A stretch of 64,000 nt of DNA from Candidatus Latescibacterota bacterium (GTDB lineage: Bacteria; Latescibacterota; UBA2968; UBA8231). Location of the stretch: assembly GCA_965223905.1 (NCBI GenBank), contig CBDCXV010000010.1, positions 1,696,001 through 1,760,000 on the forward strand, written 5' to 3'. Made by a program: the position numbers and the translations under genes. This document shows, piece by piece, positions 48,278 to 58,609 of this stretch (position 1 is its first letter; each line of letters begins with the position of its first letter). The notes below the pieces were generated by a model. That model was not told the origin of the DNA, did no database searches, and saw only the letters and a list, made by a program, of their open reading frames with translations.

Positions 48278-50796
48278 TTCCCCCCGGCGGTCCCGGCGTG
48301 GCTGAGCCGGCGAAGTCGAACCGTATCCGCAGTCGCCGCGGTCGTTTGAGGGCCGCGGTCGCCGTTTTGCTGGCCTCGGCTTCGTCCGCAGGCGCAAACA
48401 GTTTCGACCCTGTCCAACCCTTCGCACCCTACTCCGAGCGCAGCGAGTTCATGCCCGCGGTCCCCGGGGCGCACGGCGGGCTCTACGGTTTCGTCAATCC
48501 CGCGGTGCTCACCCACGTCCGCGGCCTGGAGTCGACCTTCGCCTGGTCGGACCGCGGCCGCGGCGGCCGCAACGAATGGGGGATGTTCACCGCCCTCCCC
48601 CGGATCGGTTTCGGCCTCTTGCGGCAGTCCCCGGCCGACCGGCGCGGGGCGGAAGTGGACGAGTACCGGCTCGCCTTCTCCGGCGGGGACCGCGCCGCCA
48701 GCTTCGGTGCCGGTTTCGGCTGGGGAAGAGGCCCGCGCTCCCTGCGGCCGCAGAGCCTGTTCTCCTTCGGCTCGCTGCTGAGGCCTTCCCCCCACCTGTC
48801 TCTGGGCCTCACCTGGACCTCCGATCTGCGGGCGCGGGCCCGGGAAGCAGCGGTGGACGTAGGGGTACGGCCGCTCGGATCGCCGCGGCTCACCCTTTTC
48901 GCCGACGCCGCGATGGCCAACGACAGGGCCGGCGGGGACCGCTTCTGGAGTGCCGGCGCCGCCGTCGAGCTGTGGTACGGCCTCGCCATCAGCGCCCGCT
49001 ACCGCGACGACGGCGTCGCCGCCCTCGGCCTGCGGCTCGGACTCGGGGAAAGCGCCGTTCAGACCGGGCGCCTAGTCGATCTGCGCGGCGACGGCGGCGA
49101 GAGCTCGCGCGGCCTGTACTCGGTGAGCCTCGCCGGTTTCCAGGGAGATGGCCTCGCCCCGCTGAAGCCCCGGCGCCCGCGTTACCTGCACCTGAAGCTC
49201 GACGGTCCGGTGAGGTACCGCCGCCACGCCCTGTTCGACCGCTCGCGCACGCTGCTCTCCCTGCTCTCCCTGATCGAGCGCGCCCGCACCGACCCCGGGA
49301 TCCGCGGCGTCGCCCTCAACCTCTCGGGGATCCGCATCGGCTACGAAAACAGCTGGGAGCTGCGGCAGCAACTACAGGCCCTGCGCGACGACGGCAAGCG
49401 GGTCGTGGTCTACATCGACCACGCCGGCCTGCGCCACTACCACCTCGCCTCGGTCGCCGACCGCATCCTCCTCGACCCGTCCGGCCTTCTGATGCTCGAG
49501 GGCTTCGTCGCCGGCGGCACCTACCTCAAGGGAGCCCTCGACCGGATCGGCGTCGGCGTCGAGGAGCTGCGCTACCGGGAGTACAAGTCCGCCCTGGAGC
49601 CGCTGGTCCGCGACTCGATGTCCGCTGAAGACAGGGAGCAGTGGCAGGCCTTCGTCGACGACGTGTACGCCAGCGCCCGCGCCGACATCGCCGCGGCTCG
49701 CGGCCTGGAGATGGAGGAGGTCGACCGGCTCGTCGACGAGGTCACCCTGTTCCTCCCCGAGGACGCCCGCGGCCACGGACTTGTCGACACCCTGGCCCGC
49801 TGGGACGCCGTCGATGCCGTCATCGAGTCCCTGGAGGGCCGGCCGGTGGCCAAGGCCGGGCCCGCCTCGATTGCGCCGCGGCGCGACCGCTCCTGGGGGG
49901 AGCCCCCGCGGCTCGCCGTGCTCTACGCCCTCGGTGTCTGCGCGATGGATACCGGCATCGGCGCCCGCAGGCTGGTCGCCGATATCGAGCGCGTCAGGGA
50001 AGACGACCGCGTCAAGGCGGTGGTCCTGCGCGTCGACTCGCCCGGGGGCGAAGTGCTGGCCTCCGACCTGGTCGCCGACGCGGTGCGCCGCCTCAAAGAG
50101 GAGAAGCCGGTGATCGTCTCGCAGGGGGCGGTCGCGGCCTCGGGCGGGTACTGGATCTCGATGTACGCCGACAGCATCGTCGCCGCGCCGGTCACCCTGA
50201 CCGGATCGATCGGGGTGATTTACGGGTGGTTCTACAATCGCGGACTCAAGGAAAAGCTCGGCCTCGCCACCGACCACGTCCGCGCCGGGGCGCGCGCCGA
50301 CCTGCCGTTCGGCATGGAGCTGCCCCTCTTGGGAACGCTGCCGGACCGCAACCTCCGGGACGACGAGCGCGCCATCGTTTCCGCGGCGATGCGCGCCACC
50401 TACGACCGTTTCGTCGGGGAAGTCGCCTCCGCCCGCGGGCAACCGATCGAAGCCATCGAGGCGGTCGCCAAGGGACGCATCTGGTCGGGATCGCAGGCAC
50501 TGGAGGCCGGGCTGGTAGACGAGCTCGGGGGGCTGATGGCGGCGCTGCGGCTCGCCAGGGAGCGCGCCGGACTGAAGCCGGACCGGCCTGTCGTCATCGA
50601 CGAGCACCCCCGGCTCGGCCTGATCGATTGGGACCGGCTCGCCCCGAGCCTGATCGGCCAGCAGCTGTCGATCACCGCATATCGCGGTTTCGGCGAGCAG
50701 CTGCTCTTCCGCCTGGAGCGCAGGGGGCAGCCGCTGCTGCTCGGCTCCGAGCGGACCACCTCGTGGTATATGCGGGACGGGCGGCTCGCGGAATGA
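48274..50796 (+). CDS. sppA: Signal peptide peptidase SppA (S49) with N-terminal beta-strand-rich extension
   Basis: Two S49 domains: 'YKSALEP', 'VLRVDSPGG', 'AASGGYWIS', 'TGSIGV', 'GRIWSG..A...GLVDELG'. Confidence 0.85.
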   Translation: MIPPGGPGVAEPAKSNRIRSRRGRLRAAVAVLLASASSAGANSFDPVQPFAPYSERSEFMPAVPGAHGGLYGFVNPAVLTHVRGLESTFAWSDRGRGGRNEWGMFTALPRIGFGLLRQSPADRRGAEVDEYRLAFSGGDRAASFGAGFGWGRGPRSLRPQSLFSFGSLLRPSPHLSLGLTWTSDLRARAREAAVDVGVRPLGSPRLTLFADAAMANDRAGGDRFWSAGAAVELWYGLAISARYRDDGVAALGLRLGLGESAVQTGRLVDLRGDGGESSRGLYSVSLAGFQGDGLAPLKPRRPRYLHLKLDGPVRYRRHALFDRSRTLLSLLSLIERARTDPGIRGVALNLSGIRIGYENSWELRQQLQALRDDGKRVVVYIDHAGLRHYHLASVADRILLDPSGLLMLEGFVAGGTYLKGALDRIGVGVEELRYREYKSALEPLVRDSMSAEDREQWQAFVDDVYASARADIAAARGLEMEEVDRLVDEVTLFLPEDARGHGLVDTLARWDAVDAVIESLEGRPVAKAGPASIAPRRDRSWGEPPRLAVLYALGVCAMDTGIGARRLVADIERVREDDRVKAVVLRVDSPGGEVLASDLVADAVRRLKEEKPVIVSQGAVAASGGYWISMYADSIVAAPVTLTGSIGVIYGWFYNRGLKEKLGLATDHVRAGARADLPFGMELPLLGTLPDRNLRDDERAIVSAAMRATYDRFVGEVASARGQPIEAIEAVAKGRIWSGSQALEAGLVDELGGLMAALRLARERAGLKPDRPVVIDEHPRLGLIDWDRLAPSLIGQQLSITAYRGFGEQLLFRLERRGQPLLLGSERTTSWYMRDGRLAE

Positions 50797-50805
50797 GGGC
50801 GCTGG

Positions 50806-51597
50806 TCAGGCCCAGGCCCCCTTTGCCATCATGCCGCCGTCGACGCAGACGTACTCGCCGGTCATGAAGGAGGCCCCGTCGCTGGCGAGAAAAACCGCGA
50901 CGTTGCCGATCTCGCTCGGCTGACCGATACGGTTCATGGGGTGGACGGCCCCCCAGATCTCCTTCATCTCGTCGAACGACTTGCCCAAGCCGTCGGCGGC
51001 GTCGGTGACCAGCGGCGTCTCGATGGTGCCCGGGTTGATCGCCAGCACGCGGATGTTGTCCTCGGCGTACTCGAGGGCGAGCTGCCGCGTCAGCGACAGG
51101 ATCCCCCCCTTGCTGGCGGCATAGGGCGCGACCCCCTTCATCGACTGCAACCCCTGGACGCTGGCGGTATTTATGATGGCGCCGCCGCCGCGCTTCATCA
51201 TCTCCGGCACGCAGAGCCGCGTCATCAGGAAGAAGCTCTTGAGGTTGATGTCGATGATGCGGTCCCACTGTTCCTCCTTCAGCTCGTGGGCGGGGACGTA
51301 GCTGTCGGCCGGCTGGATGCCGACGTTGTTGCAGAGCACGTCGACCCCTCCCCAATCCGACACGGCGCGCGCGACGAGGGTCTCGCAGTCGGCGTTGAGC
51401 GAGACGTCCGCCTTCTGAAAGCGGATCTCGCCGCGGCCGGCGCTCTCCCTGTCGCCGGCCAGGGCCTCCCCCGTCTCCTCGTTGACGTCGCCGCACAGCA
51501 CCTTGGCCCCTGCCTGGGCGAAGGCCTCGCAGATGCCGCGCCCGATCCCCTGACCGCCGCCCGTCACGATTACGACTTTGCCATCGAATTCCGCCAT
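50806..51597 (-). CDS. SDR family oxidoreductase
   Basis: 'VTGGGQGIG', 'NNVG', 'YAASKG', 'NPGTIET', 'VDGG'. Confidence 0.92.
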   Translation of the reverse strand: MAEFDGKVVIVTGGGQGIGRGICEAFAQAGAKVLCGDVNEETGEALAGDRESAGRGEIRFQKADVSLNADCETLVARAVSDWGGVDVLCNNVGIQPADSYVPAHELKEEQWDRIIDINLKSFFLMTRLCVPEMMKRGGGAIINTASVQGLQSMKGVAPYAASKGGILSLTRQLALEYAEDNIRVLAINPGTIETPLVTDAADGLGKSFDEMKEIWGAVHPMNRIGQPSEIGNVAVFLASDGASFMTGEYVCVDGGMMAKGAWA

Positions 51598-51958
51598 CTG
51601 TATCTCCTGTCTGTTTCGGTTTCGACGGGTTCCTCGGGGGGCTTGCAACAAAGGCCTGCCTCCCCACCCGTCAGTGGTCGATGCCGTTTCTACGGGCAGG
51701 CGAATATATCCGGTTCGAGACCTTCCTCAAGAGACGGACGGGTGCATTGCGGCGCCATTTCCGGCAGGGCTCCATACCGGGGTACCGCACTCTTTTTCCA
51801 TGGATGGATCGAGGAGAACTGCCAACCCATTACAGAGGGCTCGGCGAGGCACTTCGACTCGATCGCCGCAAGGGAACCTCGGGACCGAACCGGATGAGCC
51901 GGGTTTTTCGGCTCGGCAGGGAAGGCAACGACACGGCCCCCTCGCGATTTCACCCGCT

Positions 51959-53922
51959 TCAATAGGCGACGTGGATCACCCCGCTGCGCTCGGCCCGGCG
52001 CGAGTCGGCGTCCACCTGCACCCGGAACAGGTAGATGCCCGGAGGCAGCGGCCCGTCTGTCCCGCGGCCGTCCCAGACCCGTTCCCCGCGGCCGCTGGCC
52101 TCCAGGCCCTCGTACACCCGCCGCACCCGGCGGCCGCTGAGATCGTATACGTCCACCGTCACCGCCTGAGCGTCGGCCAGCTGCAGCAGCGTGTACTGGA
52201 AGGAGACCTCGTCGTTGACCCCGTCGCCGTTCGGTGTCACCACCGGACTGCTGGCGCCGACCTCCTGCAGCAGCGAGCCGGACAGCTCGATCCCCACCGA
52301 CAGGCTGTTGCTGTCGAGAGCGAAGGTCGCGTCCCCTTCGGCCACCGCCTGCCCCACCTCCCCCGGGCGGCCGGTGTCGGACACCACGCCGTCGAACACC
52401 GTCCCGAAGCGGAACACCCGCGCCCGGAAGAAGACCTCGACCACCTTGCCGCTGTCGGTGGTCTCCAGGCGGGGCAGCCGCAGGGCCACCCGCGGACCGG
52501 GAAAGGGGACGGAAGCATTCCCGCACGCCACCGGGTCGACGCTCCCGTCGACCCAGGCCTCGCAGGGAACGGGGTCTCCGTTGACCCGGACCGAATCCAC
52601 CCCGGTCAGCTCTCCCGGGGTGCTGAGATCGAAGCGGTCGAAACCGGACTCGGCCCCCTCCGAATCCGCGGTGAAGGCCGGCCTGAAGGCATACACGAAC
52701 CCGGTCTCCCTGCCCGCCACCGCCAGCGGCGGCGACACCTCGCCGACGACCTGCCGCGCCACCGGCGGCGAGGTCACCTCGAACTCCAGGTGCGTCATCT
52801 CCCCTCCGGAAAAACCGGAGTTCTCGAACCGGACCTGGAACTGCACGTACCGATTCGGCCCCGGAGAGGCGAAGTCCGCGGCGCTTCCGGCGGTGTACGG
52901 CGCCGACCAGTAGCTCCAGTTGTCGGCGTCGTGGCTCGTGCCCGCCTGCTCTGTCAACACTATCCCTTCGTACTCTTCCCGGGTCAGGAGCCGCCCCCTT
53001 TCGTCGCGGTAGCTGCGCTCCTCCCCGCGGCCGGTCAGGCGCCAGTAGCGGACCGGGTCGGCGTCGGCGCCGCTGCGGCTCCGGATCTCCACCGTGGCAC
53101 CCGGGTCCTTCCTCTCCCGCCAGCGGACATCGCCGAGGCTCGACGCACCCCCCAGGTCGAGGATGCGCGAGGTGTACGAGGCGCCCGGCGCGAACCCCTC
53201 TCCGTAGACCTCGAGCTCGGCGATCTCCCAGGGCCGGATGGTTCTTTCCCGCCTGTGGGGATCGCCGATGACGACCATTACGGTGTGCGCAAGCCGGGTC
53301 GGAATCGTCACCGCCACACGGGGACTCCGGTTGTCCTCGGCCTCCGCCACAAGTACGTAGCTCCGCACGTTGCTCAGGGGACTGTTGAGAACGGAAGGAT
53401 CGCCGTCGAAGAGGTAGATCTTGAAGTCTTCCACGAAGCGGTCCTGGCCTTCGGGGGTCGGGTAGAACACCACCCGGTTGACCGGCAGGATTCCCCCCAG
53501 GTCGATCCCGATTAACGGGTGTTCCAGGACTTCCTTTATATCCGCTTCCTCGAACGCCGTGGTGGGGTCGCCGTCGACGACCCGCAGGTGGAAATCGTTC
53601 TCGGTTCTGACGTGCTTGGCCCCGAAAGGGGTGCCCCCAGCGACAGGACGTCCAGGGAAATGTTGCGGTCCGGATCCAGGAGGACGGGGGCCATCCGTCC
53701 TTCCTCGAAATCGAGCGACCGGACCGAGCCGCCGTAGCCGGCGGCGGCCTCCTCCCAGGAGAGGTGGACGACGTCGATCCCCTGTTCGTCTGGAGGCGGA
53801 CCGCCGATGCGGAACAGGGTCAGCCCGTCTACCGACCCGGGGGCCAAGGCGCCGGTGCAGAGCGCCAGAAGCGCCGCGGGAAAGCGGTTGGCAGGCTTTT
53901 TCCCCATTGCGTGAGCAGCCAT
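51959..53922 (-). pseudogene. Secreted FlgD-Ig-domain protein, frameshifted in a G5 tract (real or sequencing error)
   Basis: Signal-peptide ORF 53536..53922 joins ORF 51959..53473 if the C5 tract at 53634-53638 gains one base (LGGTPFGAKH...VVDGDPTTAF...IDLGG.LPVNRVVFYP); tail 'TPNGDGVND...YDLSGR...WDG...PGIY'. Confidence 0.75.
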
Positions 53923-53933
53923 CGCAAAGGCCC

Positions 53934-54695
53934 TTACTCGTAGAGGTCGCTGGTATCCGCGGCCGCCAGGTCGACGAGGAAATCGGCGATCTCCGCGGTG
54001 AGCAGGGAAAAGCAGCGCTCCCCTTTTTCCGGGGTCGCGGCCTTGGGGTCGCCGACGCCGGTGTCGGCCGTTGCCTTTGTCCAGTCCCGCTGCGACCAGG
54101 CTCTGCCCTCGCGCAGCGCCCGGATCCTGAACTTCCGCTCGCGGCCGGATCCCGCCTGCGACAGCGGCAGCACCAGCTCGGGGGCGAGGAACTGCATCAG
54201 GCTGGTCTCCATCTCACCGGCGTGGTCCCCGACCTCGTCGAAGATCCCGGCGTCGACGAGCCGGAACCAGTCGGCGATGCAGAGGAAGGTTTCGCAGCGC
54301 CGCGACAGCTCGCGCACCATCTGGCGAAAATCGTTGCCGCCGTGGCCGTTGAGGATGACGAGCTTCGGGATCCCCTGGTGGTCGAGGACCTCGACGATGT
54401 CCTTCAGAATGGCCAGCTGCGTCGATGGGTTGAGGTTGATGTCGAGCCGGATGTCGAGCTGGCCTGTGTTTACACCGTAGGGAATCGCCGGCAGCACGAC
54501 GACCCCGGCTCCCCGCTCCCAGGCGAGTCGCGCCGCTTCCGCGGCGATCCGTTCCGATTCGATCACGTCGGTCGCGTAGGGGAGGTGGTAGTTGTGGGCC
54601 TCGGTCGCTCCCCAGGGCAGCACGGCGACCTCGTACTCCGTGCCCCGGACCGCTTTCCAGGTGGTTTCCGCGAGGATGTACGGGCGCCCGGACAT
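53934..54695 (-). CDS. Creatininase family protein
   Basis: 'LPWGATEAH..HLP..TD', 'LNGHGGN', 'DHAGEMETS', 'GVGDP..AT.EKG'. Confidence 0.92.
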   Translation of the reverse strand: MSGRPYILAETTWKAVRGTEYEVAVLPWGATEAHNYHLPYATDVIESERIAAEAARLAWERGAGVVVLPAIPYGVNTGQLDIRLDINLNPSTQLAILKDIVEVLDHQGIPKLVILNGHGGNDFRQMVRELSRRCETFLCIADWFRLVDAGIFDEVGDHAGEMETSLMQFLAPELVLPLSQAGSGRERKFRIRALREGRAWSQRDWTKATADTGVGDPKAATPEKGERCFSLLTAEIADFLVDLAAADTSDLYE

Positions 54696-55573
54696 CACCC
54701 GGCCCCCGTTGCCGCGCCCCGGTCGAATGGGGGCATCTCCGCGGCCGCGGCCACCTCCTCGAGCTCGGCGATCTTTCCGGCGCCGCTGCAGGCAGTGCTG
54801 ACGCGGTCGTCCGCCAGGACCCAGCGGAAGGCGTTCTGCGGCAGAGCGCCCGGCTGCCGGCGCAGCTGCTCCAGCACCTTCGCGGCGCGGCGGCGCTCCT
54901 CCGGTTCGAGGCCGGCGAGCACCGCGTCCCTTCTCTCGCTGTACCCGAAGAGGCCGCCGGCGAGGATGGTGGCGACGACGATCCCCATGCCGGCCGCCGC
55001 GGCCGCGGGGATCACCGCTTCGGCGGCCAGCTGCGAGACCGGGTGGTAGTCGTGGTACACGAGCACGGTGTCGAACTCCCCGGTCGCCGCCAGCCGCGCC
55101 AGCAGCGGAATCGCCCGGCCGGTGATGCCGATAAAATCGCACATCCCCAGCTTCTGCGCGGCCCGCAGCCCCTCGAGGGTTCCCCCCGGTCCGGTTATGC
55201 GCTCCCAGCCGGCGAGGTTGACCTCGTGGATCTGCGCCGCGGCCAGGCGCTCGACCCCGAGCCGCCGGAGGCTGCGCTCCAGGCTGCGCAGGACCGCGCC
55301 TTCGCTGTAGTCGAAGTCCTCGGGATCGAAGCCGACCTTGGTCGCCACCTGCACCGGTTTGCCTGCCGCGGCCAGCGCCGGCCCGAGGAGCTCCTCGCTG
55401 TCGCCGTACAGGGGAGCGGTGTCGATGTAGTTCACCCCCAGCTCCTGGGCCCGCGCCACCAGCTCGGCGGCGTTCTGCCGGCGCCGCTCCGGGTCGGTGC
55501 CGCCGATGTAGGCTCCGCCGAGGCTGACCTCGCTCACCCGCAGTCCCGTTCTTCCCAGGGTTCTGTATTTCAT
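54695..55573 (-). CDS. Aldo/keto reductase
   Basis: 'YRTLGRTGLRVSEVSLG', 'NYIDTAPLYG.SE', 'ATKVG', 'SLRRLG'. Confidence 0.9.
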   Translation of the reverse strand: MKYRTLGRTGLRVSEVSLGGAYIGGTDPERRRQNAAELVARAQELGVNYIDTAPLYGDSEELLGPALAAAGKPVQVATKVGFDPEDFDYSEGAVLRSLERSLRRLGVERLAAAQIHEVNLAGWERITGPGGTLEGLRAAQKLGMCDFIGITGRAIPLLARLAATGEFDTVLVYHDYHPVSQLAAEAVIPAAAAAGMGIVVATILAGGLFGYSERRDAVLAGLEPEERRRAAKVLEQLRRQPGALPQNAFRWVLADDRVSTACSGAGKIAELEEVAAAAEMPPFDRGAATGAG

Positions 55574-55640
55574 TCCGGTATCCCTGTCCGGCTCCCTTTG
55601 GTTTCACCCCGTCCCGGGGCAGGGCGGATTCCGTGCCCGT

Positions 55641-56417
55641 TCACGGGGCTCGGCCGGCTTCGCCTGGCGCGCTCCTCCACCCGGATTGGTTCTCCATGTG
55701 GGCGTCGACGATGCCCGGCGTGCCGCTGCCCCAGACCGTGCGCCGCGGCCCGAACGCCTCGATCACCCTGGCGGTGAGCGGTCTGGCGCTCTCGAACAGG
55801 GGTGGATCCGTGGCGAAGTGGTCGAGCCCGGAAAGCTTCATGTACACCTGGTCGAAGCGGGCGAGATCGAGGACGTGGGCGTATTCGACGGCGCTGGTGG
55901 TGTGGGGCTCGCACAGGTGGTCGAGGAGCACGGTGCAGTCCGGGCCGCGGCGGACGGCGTCGGCCGCGGCTTTGGCGTAGATGCCGTTTATCAGCAGCTC
56001 GACGACGAGCCCGAGCTCGCTGGCTTCCCGCCACTGGCGCAGCACCCAGTCGTCGAAGCGCTCCACCAGGGCGGCCCCCCGGCCTCCCACCCCGTAGTGG
56101 CGCCAGGCGACTATGCACGGCTCTGCGGCCACCAGTTCCCGCATCGCCCTCGGGGCGCCGTCGTCGCCGCTGCGGAAAAGGCAGGTGCCGCGCAGCCTGT
56201 CCGGCTCGCGGCGCAGGCAGTCGAGGATCAGCCGGTGGTCGTCCCAGTACGTCGAGGCCTGCACGACGACGGCCCGGTCGATGCTCTCCTCCTCCATGCG
56301 GCGGAGGTACTGTCCCAGCGGATCCACTTCCAGCTCCGGCTGGTAAGGGGCGTCGCGGTGGAGGGGAAAGTGCTCCAGGTCGGCGCTGAACATGTGGGCG
56401 TTCCACTCGACGATCAT
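55641..56417 (-). CDS. Amidohydrolase_2 family protein (C-terminus possibly frameshifted)
   Basis: 'EWNAHMF', 'IDRAVVVQ', 'LDHL', 'MKLSG', 'FGP.R.VWGS'. Confidence 0.8.
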   Translation of the reverse strand: MIVEWNAHMFSADLEHFPLHRDAPYQPELEVDPLGQYLRRMEEESIDRAVVVQASTYWDDHRLILDCLRREPDRLRGTCLFRSGDDGAPRAMRELVAAEPCIVAWRHYGVGGRGAALVERFDDWVLRQWREASELGLVVELLINGIYAKAAADAVRRGPDCTVLLDHLCEPHTTSAVEYAHVLDLARFDQVYMKLSGLDHFATDPPLFESARPLTARVIEAFGPRRTVWGSGTPGIVDAHMENQSGWRSAPGEAGRAP

Positions 56418-56520
56418 GTTGTGAACAAGCGGATTTCATCCATATTCATCAAGCATCCCCCAGGGTTCGTGCAGACCTCCCCCGCCGGCCTCGTCCGGCC
56501 TTCGCACGGAGGATCGACCC

Positions 56521-57702
56521 ATGCAGTGGGCATCAGCCGTTTCCACCGAAACAGAAATCACCGCGGCCGTGGCCGAGCTCAAGCGCGAGCTGACCCGGCA
56601 GACCGGAAGCGCGACCGCCGACCTCGTCGCCGCCTTCGTCACCCCGCACTACGAGGACGACCTCGACAAGCTGCCGCAGCTGATCGCCGACAGCTTCGCG
56701 CCGAAGACCTTTATCGGCTGCACCGCCATCGGGGTAATCGGCGGCGGGCGCGAGCTCGAGGAGGTGCGCGGGCTGGCCCTCACCGCGGCGGTGCTGCCCG
56801 GGGTCGAGATCACCCCCTTCCATCTGCGCCCCGGAGACCTGCCCGACCTCGACAGCGGCCCCGACCGCTGGGTCGAAGCCCTCGGGGTCGACAGGGAACC
56901 CACCCCCCACTTCCTGATGCTCGTCGACCCGGCAGCCGCCGAGGGGTTCGATCCGCGGCCGCTGCTCATGGGGCTCGACTACGCCTATGCGGAAGCGACC
57001 AAGATCGGGGGCCTCGCTTCGAGCCTGGAGGGGAACCGCCTCTTTCTCGACGGCGAGGTGCATACAGGCGGCTGCATCGGCGCCGCACTCCAGGGAGCGA
57101 TCGCCGTCGACACGGTGGTCGCCCAGGGGTGCCGCGCCATCGGCGAACCGATGACGGTCACCGGCTCCAGCGGCTACTTCCTGTCGGAGCTTGACGGCCG
57201 CTCCGCGGTCGAGACGCTCATCGATCTCTACCACAGCCTCGGAGAGGAGGACCAGGAGCTTCTGCGGAGCGCCCTGCACGTCGGCATCGCCTCCACCGAG
57301 CTCAAGGGAGAGCTCGGCCAGGGGGACTACCTCATCCGCAACGTCCTGCAGCTCGACCACGAGAAGGGGGTCATAGCCGTCGGCGACCGGCTGCGCACCG
57401 GGCAGACGGTCCGCTTCCACCTGCGCGACAGCGCCGCGGCCCAGGAGGACCTCACCCTGATGCTCGAGCGCTACCGGCGCGAAAACCAGGAGGCGGCCCC
57501 GGACGGGGTCCTTCTGTTTTCCTGCAACGGCCGCGGCCAGGCCTTCTTCGGCGAGCCCCACCACGACTCGCGGCTTTTCTCCAGTGCCATCGGGGAGGTG
57601 CCCCTTGGCGGGTTCTTCTGCGGCGGCGAGATCGGCCAGGTCGGCGGCTCGACCTACCTGCACGGGTACACGAGCGCCTTCGCGATCTTCCGCAGCCCCT
57701 AA
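56521..57702 (+). CDS. FIST-domain protein
   Basis: 'IGCTA.GVIG', 'GGLAS', 'VAQGC..IG', 'FHLRD', 'FSCNGRG', 'GFFC.GEIG'. Confidence 0.92.
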   Translation: MQWASAVSTETEITAAVAELKRELTRQTGSATADLVAAFVTPHYEDDLDKLPQLIADSFAPKTFIGCTAIGVIGGGRELEEVRGLALTAAVLPGVEITPFHLRPGDLPDLDSGPDRWVEALGVDREPTPHFLMLVDPAAAEGFDPRPLLMGLDYAYAEATKIGGLASSLEGNRLFLDGEVHTGGCIGAALQGAIAVDTVVAQGCRAIGEPMTVTGSSGYFLSELDGRSAVETLIDLYHSLGEEDQELLRSALHVGIASTELKGELGQGDYLIRNVLQLDHEKGVIAVGDRLRTGQTVRFHLRDSAAAQEDLTLMLERYRRENQEAAPDGVLLFSCNGRGQAFFGEPHHDSRLFSSAIGEVPLGGFFCGGEIGQVGGSTYLHGYTSAFAIFRSP

Positions 57703-58262
57703 CCCGCGAACGAGGCGCGGTGCAGAAGGTCGTACTCCGCGCCGGCAGGTTTCAGGGTGCTGCGTATCAGCGCGACGTCCTTCACCGAAAAACGGCAGCG
57801 GGGAACCGATTCGATCCAGCCGCCCGAGGGCAGCCTCGCCGGCCGGCGCAGGCGGGCCAGCGTCAGGTGCGGCTGGAACGGCCTGCCCTCCCGCTTCCAG
57901 CCGAGACCGCGGACCGCGGCTTCGACCTGGTTCCCCAACCTTCGCAGCTTGCGGTCCGCATCGCCTATCCCGACCCACAGGACGCGGGCGCCCAGCGCGT
58001 CGGGATAGGCGCCGGCGGCTCCCAGCTCGACCTCGAATGAGGCGGAACCCGCGGCGATCTCGTCGAGCGCGAGGGAAAGGGGGGCGAGCTGTTCTTCCTG
58101 CGTATCCCCGAGAAAGCGCAGCGTGAGATGCAGGTTCTCCGGCCGCGTCCACCTGACGGAGGCGGCCCGGGGGAGCGACGCCGCGGCAGGGACGCCGGCG
58201 AGGGCGGTGCGCAGGCCGGCGGGCAGCTCTACGGCGACGAAGGTGCGGATGCTGCCGGACAC
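57699..58262 (-). CDS. thpR: RNA 2',3'-cyclic phosphodiesterase (2H family)
   Basis: Two HxT motifs, 'NLHLTLRFLG' and 'FQPHLTLAR'. Confidence 0.92.
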   Translation of the reverse strand: MSGSIRTFVAVELPAGLRTALAGVPAAASLPRAASVRWTRPENLHLTLRFLGDTQEEQLAPLSLALDEIAAGSASFEVELGAAGAYPDALGARVLWVGIGDADRKLRRLGNQVEAAVRGLGWKREGRPFQPHLTLARLRRPARLPSGGWIESVPRCRFSVKDVALIRSTLKPAGAEYDLLHRASFAG

Positions 58263-58425
58263 GGGTGGGACCGGGGGTCAGGAACCGATTGACCTATGAA
58301 CGGGGCGCGCGGCCGGTCCGAATCCGGAATTCGGGAGGCAGCTCTACCGCGACAAAGGTGCGGGTGCTGACGGACATAGGTGAACCGGCTGTCGGAGGCC
58401 GGTTGATCTGTGGGCGAGGGCCGCC
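58220..58425. repeat. Diverged tandem duplication (period about 115 bp) of the thpR 5' end and upstream region
   Basis: GGCAGCTCTAC.GCGAC.AAGGTGCGG.TGCTG.CGGACA at 58222 and 58337; the second copy encodes MSVSTRTFVAVELPPEFR...* (58294-58377, minus strand). Confidence 0.8.
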
Positions 58426-58609
58426 ACAGGCAGACACCGCGACTCTGGATGCGGCTCGGCGCAAAGGGGGGGCGGATTCGAGACATGGATGGAAGCGGCG
58501 GCGGGAAACCGTTCGATCTGCTTACATGCCGCCTTTTCGGAATCGGGACGGAAGTCGGCGACGGCTACTAAGCACGGCCGGACCCGGATCGATTGCACCG
58601 GCTCCCGTC

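Noticed and set aside
51660-51950. Possible ncRNA or gene remnant between the SDR and FlgD-domain genes
   Set aside because: No recognisable RNA family or supported ORF.
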